Assembly: GCA_951406725.2 (NCBI GenBank)
Contig: OX597817.1
Location: 9,796,001 to 9,860,000 of the forward strand
Length of the DNA stretch: 64,000 bases
Source of the DNA: Octopus vulgaris
Taxonomy: Eukaryota
Direction of reading: 5' to 3'
Positions 50,020 through 63,633 of this stretch are shown in pieces (the stretch's first letter is position 1; every line of letters begins with the position of its first letter). A program made the position numbers and the translations under genes. The notes under the pieces are model-generated. The model did no database searches, was not told the DNA's origin, and was given only the letters and a program-made list of their open reading frames with translations.

Positions 50020-53000
50020 TCAGGCTAAGTAAAAAGTAAGCAACATTTTGAAACATGAAATTCATGACAATATATTTCAACATTTTTTCATATTTCAACA
50101 ATTTTTGCTCCTGGTAACATCTCGTAAACCTTGATGGTTTCGCCCACTTTCTGTAGGTGTTGCATCTTGGTCACGATGCGATGATAGTGATGTCGCCTGC
50201 GTACGCTGTAACCGATCCTCCACTTCCTGGATTCGTCGGGATACCACTCAGCTTTCGCAGCAATGGCTCGAGGGCCACTACGTATAAAAATGGAGAAAGT
50301 GGACACCCTTAGCGAACCGACCGCTTGATACAGAACGGCTTTGAAAGAAAGCCGTTCACCGAACGATCGAGTCGACGTTGTAGTACAGCTGTATGATCCA
50401 CTTGAGAAAACCAAGACCCAGTCCGAACTGCGCGAGAACAAAAAACAAAGTAACGATGCTCTATCCTATCGAATGCTTTAGCTTGGTCGAAATGGACCAG
50501 TGCTCTACCTTTGCCAGAATCATTACCATACCCTTCTATAGTGTAGCGTATAAGATGAAGATTATCCTGAATGATTCTGCCGGGGACTGAACAGGTTTTT
50601 GCCTCCCCGATCAGGCCATCCGCGACACGAGTCAATCTTTTTGCTAGCACCTTGGCCAAAATCTTCATCTCTGCGTTCAGTAGAGTGATGGGCCTAAAAT
50701 TATTTATCCTATCCCCCTTGTCGGAGTCCTTCCTCACCAGCGTTACCACTCCTCGGTGCACAGATCTGGGAATCCGCCCATTCTGTTGCCAGTTTGCGTA
50801 AACGTTAGACAGTACGTGCCTGAACAAGTCTGGCATACTTTTCTATAGCTCGTAAAGTAGACCATCGAGTCCTGGCGCCTTACCACCACTGCAGTCACCT
50901 ATGGCCCCAATCACTTCCTAAGGTGTGGTCGACCTTTCACAGTTCCCTGCATCCTGCCCCGGGAGACACGGCAGCCCGGCGAGGAAGTCCGTAAGGTCTG
51001 TCCTACTATCCGGTCCATCGCTCCCGCGAAAAGCTGGATGAAGTACTCCCGAAAATTCCGACATATCTCGGGTTCGTTTATCAACACACATTGCTAATTC
51101 GCCAACGATCGAGTTATGGAATCGTTTCCACGTTGAGCCTCAACAACACGTGCCCATCCAGTGGCATTGATTCCCTCATTCCCCATTGCACGAAGTGACG
51201 ATACACCACAAGTGCTTGGCTTCGAGGTGCTGGTTTAACTCCATCTCTTCACCTTCATTGGGATGCATCACCAGTTCTCATGGCTTCCTCTAGGCCCTTA
51301 ACTAATTCAATTTCCTTCCTACGCCCTCTAGCCACTAAACCTGCACTATTTCTAATAGACTCAAATTTAATGGCTCTTTTGAGGGCGTACCACCATTTGT
51401 TATTGATAATGGAACCGGTCAACGCCCTCTGCATTAATAACTTAATCCGACTCCTGATTTCCTTACCACAACTGAATATCAGGTCTAAAACGACCAGTTA
51501 ATTTATTTTGGATCAGAAACAGTTAACATTTTCTCTGAAACTCGGTTTCTTTTAAGTAGGACCAACACCCCACCCCTGTCCCCCGGCCGGCCTGAATTTC
51601 TCGTAGCGTTTCAGGAGCTGGAGTAGATCTCTTGGCCCTTTTAACCGAGTTTCAGTAGCAACAATAACGTCTAAACATTGTGACCTGACGTCATTTAGGA
51701 AACGTCCTTGTTTCCAGCTCGACGCCAGGCCAAGCACACTTATGCATCCTACGTGAACAGCTATAAGGAGAATTGCCTTTTAATCGGTGTCTGAAGGCGG
51801 TGGGAGAACCCGCCTCCTCTTCTTTTTCTCGAGCTCGTTGGCGTCAGAGTGATGTTTGTAGAAATGTCCAATCTGGGAGGACCAATATCTTTTCTGAAGT
51901 CATTCACCAAAATATTTGTTTTGTAAATTTCTACATCATTTTTATTTTCCGGTGTTTCCGTTTTTTCCTCGTGTATCGTTACCAGTCGGTTCATCAGATC
52001 TGTATTCGAGACGAGAACCGCCATGTAGCAGATTTCTTCTTCATTTTTCTTCTCTTGTTTCCTCGCTTTTTTGTATTGACGTGGCTCTTATTTTTCTTTT
52101 TCTTTTCCCGGGGAGTGTGGTTTCAATTTGCTCGTGTACTGGACAAGAGACAAACCTTCCCCTTCTTCTGGCATTGGTGTCGCTTGTGACTACATCGCTT
52201 GTTCAGTCTCCTTCTCTGTCACTTCTTTCTTTTTTCGGCTTCTTTCTGTTTGCAGTCTGCCCCGCAAGCATTGAGGCTGGCAACCTTCTACCATCACTAC
52301 CAGACGGGTCTCACCAACCTCGATGATTTCAGTTATTTCTTCCAGCGTGGACAGCTCTGCCTGTATAATTAACCACACACTTTGGCTGTGCCAGTTGCGT
52401 GGCTCCATCACGGCAACGTCTAGAACTGTATTTTTTTCCTCCAGGCCCATCGTCACTGCCGCGACGAGCCACTTTGGGTTCACCTCAAGGGGAATATTCG
52501 CAATATTAACTCCGGATGTCCGTCTATCCATGTATATGGGCAGAAGCACTACTTCCTATGTCTTCAAAAGTTCGACCGAATGGAGCTGGGCTTCTTCTTC
52601 CGACTCCATCCTGACCTCGACCGTTGCAAACCGTCTTTCTCTTGGTATATATTTTATCTTATTCCATATCGGCTTGCCAAAGTTAGTTTTTTTTTTACTT
52701 TCACTCCCGCCGCAGCGGCAAAGTCAAGTTTTTTCTTTGTTTTTTCCTTTCTCTCTTCTTTTTCTTTCGTTAATAGACTCGGTACATCGACATTCTTTCT
52801 CGAAGTTGACGGCTTCATTATTTTTTGTTCATGTGAGCTATTCCTCCCCAATCGCGGACTCTCTTCGTCAGAATCTTCGTGAAGACGTGATTCTACCATC
52901 TCCATGAGTTCCTCCAACTTGACATCTTGCTTCTTCGGACTAGCCATAATGCTGGCTCCCCCGCACGGGGAAAAACAACAATTGTTTTAACGACTTAACA

Positions 53001-53400
53001 GCAACAACGTTCAATAAATGTTCAGCAATGACAAATATAAATTTAACAGCCCACCTCTTCACAAACAATAGCACAATCCAACAAGTACCAAAAAATGAAT
53101 AACTCCAACTCACAAAATACGAAGCGAACGTTTCGTTGATATCGCGAACTGTTTCAGCTACTTAATGTCCTTTTTTTAAAGTTGAATTGCAAACTTGCTC
53201 GAATATCGTGCTTTGACAGTTAGAGTACAGATGATTGTAACAATGTTAAAAAAATACCAATATTAATTTATTGATGCATTTGGGCATCTGTATTATCAGA
53301 CAATTGTGAGAAAATGTTTAAAAAAACATTCAAAACTCTGCGAAAAGCCGGTACAAATTCTTCATGTTTGAGAATGTTGCTTACTTTTTACTGGACCTGA
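50020..53400. mobile_element. TA-flanked Tc1/mariner-type MITE, split by a nested LINE
   Basis: ~40-bp TIRs: tcaggctaagtaaaaagtaagcaacattttgaaacatgaa and ttcatgtttgagaatgttgcttactttttactggacctga, each bordered by TA. Confidence 0.85.
50115..53155 (-). mobile_element. Tx1/L1-clade LINE: ORF1, endonuclease and first half of RT; 3' part missing
   Basis: ORF1 from ATG at 52947, broken by stops and frameshifts; EN segment LDVIVATETRL; RT segments NFRPITLLNAEMKILAKVLAKRL, GRIIQDNL and DQAKAFDRIEH. Confidence 0.9.
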
Positions 53401-53462
53401 TATACTCACAAGTAAGCATGGTGGGAAGGATAGCACAGGGAAACTAAAGGTAGAACAAAATT

Positions 53463-53648
53463 CTATTTTATTAAAGCGGAAACAATTCAAAATCTGTTAC
53501 TCAGAGTTTCATGTGATCATTCGTCAGACAGTTATGTTAATACAGAATAATACAGATTCTGTATTATCACAACTATCAGACGAACGCTTATATGAAACTC
53601 TTAGAAGTAATTGTAATTTGTGAAGTTTTTCCAGTTTTAATAAAATAG
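53463..53648. mobile_element. ~185-bp fold-back element with a hammerhead motif on each arm
   Basis: Termini ctattttattaaa / ttttaataaaatag; central stem taatacagaat / attctgtatta; intact motif on the left arm (minus), decayed motif at 53573-53605 (plus). Confidence 0.78.
53494..53531 (-). ncRNA. Minimal type I hammerhead ribozyme motif
   Basis: Minus strand: ctgt CTGACGA atg-atca-cat GAAA ctc-t-gag TA acag; core intact, helices I and II pair, helix III quasi-palindromic. Confidence 0.8.
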
Positions 53649-53656
53649 TGTGTATC

Positions 53657-53701
<45 letters not shown>

Positions 53702-55374
53702 AGTGTGTTGTTGTTGTTGTTGTTGTGTGTGTGTGTATAAAAGTTTCATTCGTTCTCTTTGGATTGAAAGCAGAATAAATATATTCTGTGTGTTCTCTTT
53801 CTTTTAAACGACGTTTGTGAAAAATACGCTTTTCGTAAACACAGACACGGCAACATCTTTTCTGACTACGAAATTAATTTGCTTCAAGTGGATGCAGACT
53901 TATTAACCTTGTAGTGTAATCTTAATACCTATTTACTCTTATTTACACTTAATATTTAATTCGTTCTGAAGTTATAATATTATAATATCAGGAATGTACA
54001 TATTACATAAGTTTCCAGTTTCTTGTACCTCCTTCAAATATTTTCACTACTGTCAAGTAGTAAAAATAATGAGTCAATATTGATTCATTATTCTCTCTTT
54101 TGAGCTCAATATCACTCAAGTTGGTTTAAAATATATACCAGTAATATATCACGGTTCATTCATTCAACAATTATTCTACCAAAAAAAATAGCCTTGTACA
54201 GAAATTTCAAAAGAAATTGCTTCACATTTCGCCCTTCCATATCCAATTTTTCCATATCGTTTTATAATGAATGTCCTCTCCGTGACTCTAATAATCTTAC
54301 AATATAGAGTTTAACTACTTCATTTTCCGTCTTTTGCAGCTTTATTCTAAGAAAATGATACATTATTGTTTTTATTTTTGTTCTTCTCTTGTCTGGTCTC
54401 ATTTCTCTCTTTCCTTCCGAGGAGACAGAGACAGAGACAGAGACAGAGAGAGACAGAGAGATGACAATATAAATTACAACGTCTGCATTTGTTATTTGTT
54501 AGCATTTAATGACTCTGCCTGGTCTTTCACTTATATATTATATCTTTGAAACGTAGATTTTAAAATACCACTGTAGTTTTACCTTTCCACTTTTAGCGAT
54601 CTGTCGTTTGATGTTTTATACATTACTTACTTATTTATTTATTTTTTTGCTTATGGGAATTTCAAATCTCAAATGCCGTCTGAATCAGCTGTACTACTTA
54701 GTAAGTCTGGATGGACATAGTTGCTAATGGTTTCTAGTGAATGCATATATATATACGTATTTTTTTTTCTTAGTGTAGTTTTCTTGATGGCAACGTGTTC
54801 TTTGTTGTAGAAATATCTGATAACAATTTCCAATAATGGCGAGGATTAATCTCTTTTTCTATCTAACAAACAGTCAGTCTAGAATCAATAAATTCATGGA
54901 GAATTAAATTCGCCATCAAATTTCACTTTCATTGGAAAGTCTTCAATTAAAAATGAAAACGCATGAACATCAGAACATCTCATTTTCTTAGGTCGATTGT
55001 TGATTATAACATTTTACTGCGTTCTCATTGCTAAAGTAATTGAAGAAGATGCGGATGATAGAAAGTCCCTACATATATATTCAGCTTTATCTTGCTGAAA
55101 TCATCAAAAATGAAATTTTTAGACCGAAGAAATTATTTCTTCCACGAGCACAAAGGCCGCTAATTTAAAGGAAGCAATGCCGTTGATTGACTGGACCGTA
55201 GTAATTGTATGCTATATCTTTTATTAAAGCAGAGATGAAAGAACAGATGCGGTCTCCTTGGCGGTCTTTGAATGCACAAAATAAAAGAAAGATGTCTTGG
55301 CGTGGCATTTAATATGGCATGCTATACTTTTGCTGTATTGCTATATTTTATGCATTAACTCCCAACCTTTCTTC

Positions 55375-55437
55375 TATACATACACACATACATACATACA
55401 TACATACATACATACATACATACATACATACATAGAT

Positions 55438-55514
<77 letters not shown>

Positions 55515-55779
55515 TACATAGATATAGAAAGATAGATGTATAGATGGATGGATAGATAAATACGTATACATATATATACATATGTATATATGTATGTATA
55601 TGTACATATATATATAGATATTTATATACATATTCCACACACATGCGTATGTATATATATGTTTATATATATATATATATGTATATATATGTTTATATAT
55701 ATATATATGTATATATATGTATATATGTATATGTATATATATGTATATATATATGCATATATATGTATGTATATGTATG

Positions 55780-55810
<31 letters not shown>

Positions 55811-55862
55811 ATATACATATATAATAGTTTTAATCGAAAGCATACTGACTGACACACATATG

Positions 55863-55901
<39 letters not shown>

Positions 55902-55940
55902 ATGTACACGTGTGTGTGCGTGCGCGCGTGTACATATACT
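55375..55940. repeat. Compound (CATA)n/(CA)n/(TA)n microsatellite
   Basis: Directly visible. Confidence 0.95.
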
Positions 55941-56826
55941 TGATTTCCTCAATAACCTAGGGAAAGGGGCAGCTAATAAATTCCTTCTACTGATTATTTA
56001 AGTCAAATTCATCCGGTCTGCATCAGTTCTGAGTCAAACGTCCGCCATCACCCGAAAGTCTGCTCTTGTCTTACTTCACCGAATTTTACAACAAAAGAGA
56101 CTGTATGAGGTCTTCGAAACACCAACCAGATACCCTTTGAATTACACCCCTACAGATCGGAAAGGGCTGTGTAAATTGTTTACTAAATAAATATATATAT
56201 CATCTGTAATGTAGAAATCTACAGAGGTTAACCCTTCAACTTCATCTAGATTTCGTTGCTGTTGAAGTCTTTTAATGTTCTTAACAAGTTATGTATCGTG
56301 GCACAATAACTTGTAGCGACACCACTGAACCTGCTAGTCAGTAAGCTTTCGATTGAAACTATTATAGTTCTGTTCGGCCAAGTCTGACTTGGGTTTAAAT
56401 ATAAAGCAACTACAACAATAGCAACATCAGCAATAAGAACAAAAATAAAATAACTCTACGGTGGTCCGGATATATTGTTTGTATTCGTATACTTCCTGGA
56501 TGTCATCCGATCGAAGCGAGTGATCTTCACCGGCGATGTTGTAATATTCGATGGCTTTGGTGTCCTGATGACTTGCTAACGATTTCGTTTCTCTCTTTTA
56601 GGTGAAGGGCAGAGTTGTGATGCAGACAGAGCCTATACTCCAGGGAGGAAACCATTTTTTAATAAAATATTCCTCTTTCACTTACGTGATCGTTAGGAAG
56701 AATTTACTTTATAAAGGAATTCTTTCTCAATGAAATACGTTAAAACTGCTTTCTACTTTTTTAAATAACCACGTGAAAAATTATGCTAAAAAATGCAAAT
56801 TACGTTCTCAGTTGAAAGTATATATT

Positions 56827-57241
56827 ACTCTTTACTTTTTTACTCTTTTACTTGTTTCAGTCATTTGACTGCGGTCATGCTGGAGCACCGCCTTTAGTCG
56901 AGCAACACTCGACCCCGGGACTTATTCTTTGTAAACCCAGTATTATTCTATCGGTCTCTTTTGCCGAACCGCTAAGTGACGGGGACGTAAACACACCAGC
57001 ATCGGTTGTCAAGCAATGCTAGGGGGACAAACACAGACACACAAACACACGCACGCATATATATATATACATATATACGACAGGCTTCTTTCAGTTTCCG
57101 TCTACCAAATCTACTCACAAGGCTTTGGTCGGTCCGAGGCTATAGTAGAAGACACTTGCCCAAGGTGCCACGCAGTGGGACTGAACCCGGATCTATGTGG
57201 TTGGTAAGCAAGCTACTTACCACACAGCCACTCCTGCGCCT
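56827..57241 (-). mobile_element. SINE family B, full length
   Basis: Nearly identical to 3945-4364. Confidence 0.92.
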
Positions 57242-58387
57242 ATTATGTACGTTTTTTAAAAAAAACATTTTTTGCTCCAAAAAGTAATAGCGGAACCTGG
57301 CATCTTATATAGTTTTTGCTACAAGGATTTTGCATCCTTCATAAGGAAGTCTTCTAACGAATATCTGTGCTACTAAAATATGTGTCTATAACGAATATAG
57401 ACACTTAATCACAGTACATCCTATATAAAAAATTTGACCTAGGCTACTAGCTTTCTAACCTCTTCGCCAGCAACAGGAAATTTTCCAAAAGTAATGAAAG
57501 CCCTGTACAGAAAATCCTATCTAAACTTCTAGAGACGAGCGAACCTACAAATATTGAAAACGTTCTAAAGATTAAAAGTTTTTCCCTGATGTATATTTGT
57601 TTTGGTAATAATCGCTCATCTTTACCATCTCTCTCCCTTCAACTTTGACACAAATAGATAACACTTGAGTCGGAAACTATATTTTCTGAAGAAATTGCTA
57701 TTGTCCGTTCAGAAATTTTTTCCAGACCAGCAACACTTAAAATGCAGCTAGCGAAGGTGGATTACTAGATTTGCCAGATTATCCAGTAAGCAATGCCACA
57801 GTTGGAAGAGTGTTTTCAAAATAAATCTCTACCAAAACAAAGACTAAAAAAAATATGGATTTGGGAACTTCATTCTTTGATTTTAAGATTTACAATGAAA
57901 TTTGAAGAATAAAATATTTGTTGCAATGATTCGCCTAACGGAACTTTATTCACTTCTAAGAAAAAGAAAACTTGGGAAGAGATTAGCGAAGAGGGGAATG
58001 AAATTACCAAATAAGTAAATGAAATCCAACCTATTGGCATTTTATGAAAGAAAAAAAACGTTAACTCCAGTGTTTAAAACATAGAAATCGAAAAAATTTG
58101 CAAAAGAAATAAAACAAAATATGTTAGGGAAAGTTGTGTTTTTATTATTTATTTTAATTTATGGGCAACGTTTTAATTTTGTGCTACTTGCTACTGATCT
58201 AGGAACTTCGATTTCTTCTCAGCAGAATTAAAAGTAAAATTAAAGAAGTGAAGGGACGTAATGTAAGGAAATTAGTTCGTTTCTCTACAGTTCCTAGCAC
58301 ATCTTATTTTGTGCATAAATGAAAATAACCGTGTGCCCATAAACACAATTTTGTGTAACTATTTCTAGCTACCTCTCTGTCTCTCTA

Positions 58388-58424
<37 letters not shown>

Positions 58425-59044
58425 CCCCGACTCTCTCTGCTTCTCTTTCTGTCTCGATTTCTTCTATTATCTTAGGTAAAGAAAGGACACAGTCAGAGAC
58501 TAAAGTAGTTTAAGATTATGTGGTCAAGACTGGAATGCCTTTGGTCATAGGTCTGCTAGATCAGGATGACCTGAGTTCTAAATACCATTTCGTCTTTTAT
58601 CTCTCTCTCTCTCTCTCTTTGTTTCTATCTCTCCCTTTTGTCTCACACTCTCTCTCTTACATGCACCCGCACACGCACACACACACACACATACACATAC
58701 ACACACACACTGACATACACGCAAATGGTCACATGCACACACTGTCTCGCAAGAAGCGAGCTTTTATGCAATCCTTTCATCTGCTAAAGATATCAACTAA
58801 ATCTAGCAGATTACAAATTAAAATCTTTGATACAAAATATTTGAAAAGGTTCTCAGTATGGCAAAGACATAAACGATCAAAGGAGGTCTGTCTAATGAAG
58901 TGTGACCTTGGGTTAAACAGTAACAGTCTCTTTTACTTTCTCTTTCTTTCTCTATCTAAAAATACCTTCTTATCAACACAGAACTGTGCACGAAATCTAT
59001 TACAAAATTCGAAAATACTGTGGTTACCTTTTCTAATTTTATCT

Positions 59045-59310
59045 TTTATCTTTTATTTGTTTCAATCGTGAGACTGCGGCCATGCTGGGGCACTGCCTTG
59101 AAGAATTTTAGTCGAATGTATCGACGAATGTACAGATCCCAGTACTTATTTTTTAAAAGCGTAGTGCTTATTCTATCGGCTATTTTGCCGAACCGCTAAG
59201 TCACGGGGACGTAAAGACACCAGCACCATTTGTCAAGCGATGGTGGAGAGGACAAACACAGACATAAAGACACAGACACACGCAGACACGCACAGACACA
59301 CACACTCACA

Positions 59311-59358
<48 letters not shown>

Positions 59359-59488
59359 TATATGAAAGAATGGAGTCTATGCCCTAGGGACGTAACTTCA
59401 ACCGTGTTCTTTCTGATGTGAATTTGCTACCCAGGTATCGGTTATCTTTCGAATTATCCTTAATAAGATAATTCATTCAACTACTCAA

Positions 59489-59543
<55 letters not shown>

Positions 59544-59720
59544 CATACATGTATATGAAAAGTTTCTTTCCACCTCCATTTACCCAATCCACTCACGTGG
59601 GTTTCATCGGCCCAGAGCTATAGTAAAATTCACTTGTCCATGGTGCCACTCAGGGAATTAAACCCCGAATCAAGTTGTTGGAAAGCAAACTTCTTACCAT
59701 ACAGCTACACATGCGCCTTT
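59045..59720 (-). mobile_element. SINE family B, older copy with an interrupted, expanded microsatellite
   Basis: 3' part gactgcggccatgctggggcac..gccgaaccgctaagtcacggggacgtaa; diverged head at ~59560-59720. Confidence 0.78.
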
Positions 59721-60754
59721 TCATAGATTTGTCTTTCTTTCTTCCTGTGAGGCGGCCTCTGGTTAATATTCCTCTACCCAATTTTGTGGGGAATATATCA
59801 GCTTTTGTTATCATAGCCGTGTTATTAATCCGCCAATGTGGCGAACATAAGCTTATTGGTTCAGAAAAAAATTAAAAGCAAATTAAAAATTAGACAAACT
59901 TCATAACAAGGCCCTAGATATAAAATAAACAACGTAGATATATATAACATTAAAGCTTTAATGGAAAAATATGCATAAAAACAAAGTATTTGTGGAAAGT
60001 AATGAGGTATAAACAAGCGAAGCTGAAGAGAAAAATAAGAATATTGTGTTTCTCTGGGATATGTAAATACAGGTATAGGAGATATTGCTTATCCTGACGT
60101 TGTCATAAATAATTAGATCTTTTCAGGTATTTTACACTGATGCATGGGACTTGTTCAACGCTAAGCAATAACACATTTACTCCTGATGAGAAAGGAAATG
60201 GTTCCCACTGATATCATTATTATAACTCCGTAAAAAAAGAAAGAAAGATTGGGAGACATAACAACGTAACGATGCTGTTCTACACACACCTCACCAGTAA
60301 CCTTCAGAGAAATAATTGTATTAATATGAACGTCTACATGTCTTAGAAGATGACAAATGAAAATACGATAGGAATTTTGTAAATAGATGTAGGAGATAAT
60401 GAAACCTGATTATAATTCTCCGTCGTAAAAAAATGATAACAGCGCATTAATTAACGAAACAAAATTTTAAAATGTTGTTAAGGCGTAAGTTGAAAAGTTA
60501 AGGAATTACACCAAATTCGTTGTTTAACGAAAAACCAATTTCTCCCTCGTTACGATTGTAATTAACATGGTGCAATACACAACTGTTTCTGTATTGTTTT
60601 AATTTGCGGGGTTATACAATTTCAGTTTTTTAATGCTAATGTATTGAGCCCTTGTGGCCAATAAAAGAAATCCTTATTAATATTAACTATCCATCTACTA
60701 TCACTACTACCACTACTACAACTACTAATGATACTACCACCATCATCACCAATA

Positions 60755-60988
60755 CCTATTTCTTTACTACCCACAAGGGGCTAAACACAGAGGGGACAAA
60801 CAAGGACAGACAAACGGATTAAGCCGATTATATCGACCCCAGTGCGTAACTGGTACTTATTTTAATCGACCCCGAAAGGATGAAAGGCAAAGTCGACCTC
60901 GGCGGAATTGGAACTCACAACGTAGTGGCAGACGAAATACCGCTAAGCATTTCGCCCGGCGCGGTAACGCTTCTGCCAGCTCACCGCC
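60755..60988 (-). mobile_element. SINE family A, near intact
   Basis: Minus strand ggcggtgagctggcagaa..gagttccaattcc (B-box-like), then gtcgactttgcctttcatcctttcggggtcgattaaaataagtacc, resembling the MetaSINE domain. Confidence 0.9.
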
Positions 60989-61035
60989 GTACCACCACAA
61001 TTACCACCACCACTACAACCACCACCACCACCACC

Positions 61036-61076
<41 letters not shown>

Positions 61077-61132
61077 CAGTGATATCAGTGATGAAATACC
61101 AGTGATATCAGTGATGATAATAATAATAATGA

Positions 61133-62986
61133 TGAAAGGAAACGGGTGGAGTCTCCTTATGGGCTAATAACAATACATCTAGTGATGGTGTCACAATACA
61201 AACACTGGTAATTGCGCAACCTGATAATCGCTACCTCATATGAGTGACAATAAAATGAAACTGAAGCCAATGATGGTGACAGTGTTCCACCCGGTAAGCT
61301 CAGAGATTCTGGTCCGGCTCCAGCCTGTCGATATCCAGAAATGAACCACCACAGACGGCGTAGATGGAACAAACAAATTTATGCTGTGGTCATGGAGTGT
61401 TATTATCTGAGCAGCCCGGTAGATGAAAATAGTGCTCAAATTAGGGGTTACCGACAACGTATGTATGATCATTGGAGAGAAAAGGGATAGTTTCAACTCA
61501 CGGAACAGAGACTATGTGATCAAGCTAGAGCAATAAGAAAAAATTGTTGGTTCACAGTAGAGCTCGAAGTCATCAAAAGACGGGTCATGGACAATAGCAG
61601 CATAGATAAGAATGAAAATAGAGTTCTTACTAATAACAGTAATCTCATAGTACAAGAAAGGAGTAGTGGTAGTTTACTTGATGAGAGACATATAGATGAT
61701 CTAAAAGAAGACGATAAAACTAATAGCGACATGACAGATGAACAAAAGACAATCTACGACAGGATAAAGGCAAGCCTACAGGAAAACGATAGCGACATTA
61801 TTTGCAACCTTAAAATCGAAATTTTTCAGTCGAAATTGCATGGAATAAGATCGACGCTATCAACACCTGATATGAAGGAGGGGTAATCACCTGAACAGTA
61901 GACGAACTAAACAGCTTAGACAGAAACACAAGGAAGTTGCTAACTAGATATGGGTCACTCCACCCCAAAAGTGACACAGACAAACTTTATGTATCAAGCA
62001 AAAGAGGGGGAAGAGGACTTATTGGATGCGAACACAGCATTAGCGCACAAGAAAACAAAATAGTATGGTATGTAAGAAAATGCCACAGAACCGCTATTAG
62101 TAGAAGTAAGAAGGTCAGGCTTCACAAGAAATTAAAAACGAATGAAACAGAAAATAGGTGGGCAAAGAATAGAATGCAAGGTTAATTTCATAGGGATGTT
62201 GAAGAGAAGACAGACAGAGTAAAAAGATTGTTGTGGAAGACTAAAAGTGATTTAAAACCGGAACTGGAGGCTTTAATCTATGCTGCCCAAGAGCAAGCAC
62301 TAAGAACAAACTGCATAAAATACAGAATAGACAGCACATCAGAAAGTGATAAGTGCAGAATCTGTGGACAAAACGGTGAAACCGTACATATTACTTGCCA
62401 ATGTATGCCACTAGCCCAGAAGGAATATAAGAGATGTCACGACGATATAGCCAGGCTTGTCCCATTGGGCACTTTGCAACAAGTATGGACTTGACAGACC
62501 AAAAGAGTGGTACGACCACAAATCTGAAGTTTTGTCGAAAATAGAAATGCAAAGATCCTATTGGATTTTATGATTCAGTGCGACCATGAGATCGAGAATA
62601 GGAAACCGGACATAGTCTTAATTGAGAAAGAAAACAAACTATTCTGGATCATAGATAGAACATGCAGAGCTGACAACAAGGTATGCAATAAGGAAGAAAG
62701 AAAAGTCGATAGATATGACAGGTTAGCTTGGGAGATTAAGCAGTTGCAGTCAATGAAAAAGGTAGCAGTAGTACCAATTATTTTCGGAGCCCTGGGAACA
62801 GTGAGTAAAAATCTCGAGAAATACGTGGAATAAATAGGGGCAGTAGCACTTGCAGAAAACAGCATTGCTTGGAACCGCTCGAATACTCCAGAAGTTGCTC
62901 GAAAAATAAGAGGTGTTACCTAAGTTCACTGGTAGTGAACAGCTGACACTGTAGTACAACTCCAGTGTTAGAAGCTGTGCAAAAGC

Positions 62987-62987
<1 letters not shown>
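61133..62987 (+). mobile_element. R4/Dong-clade non-LTR element, internally deleted, in an (AAT)n tract
   Basis: N-terminal TEQRLCDQARAIRKN; C-terminal LHPKSDTDKLY..RGGRGL, AAQEQALRT, CRICG..ETVHI..C knuckle and RKPDIV REL endonuclease; (AAT)n on both sides; RT core absent. Confidence 0.88.
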
Positions 62988-63022
<35 letters not shown>

Positions 63023-63469
63023 TTATGAAGATTATCGAAACTCCCCACGAAGGTAAATGCGCAAGAAGATTTCTAATACAGATTTATTGATACCCTTTAT
63101 TGAAGTGAACAATATTTCGGCAATATATCCGTCTTCCATGGTTTCAAAATGAAAACTACGCAGAGATACAGAAATTCAGAATTGAAATTTGAATATCATG
63201 CGTTGCTTTTTAGACAAGATGACATCATCAACATTCACTTTTCATTACTAATAACAAGGGGAAAAAGAGAAGGCAGTAGGAGAAAATGTTAAAACTCTCA
63301 CCGGACAATATCTCTGTCTTAATCTTAGACTGACTTTCTTCCAAAGCCCTAAGAATTTTGACAAAGATAAACCAGCTCAAGGATTCTGTCAGTTTGTCCG
63401 CTGTCACAAGCTTAAAGACTTTTTTTTCCTTTTGAAAAATATGGTAACGTGTTTACCATGTTTGTTCAA

Positions 63470-63633
63470 AATGATGACGACAGTGACGACGACCGTGGCG
63501 ACGATGACACGGCGACGACAACACGGCGACGACGACACGGCGACGACGACAAGGCGACGTCGACAGGGCGACGATGACAACGATGATGATGATTACGATG
63601 ATGATGATTACGATGATGACGACGACGATGATG
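63470..63633. repeat. (GAC/GAT)n degenerate trinucleotide repeat
   Basis: Directly visible. Confidence 0.9.
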
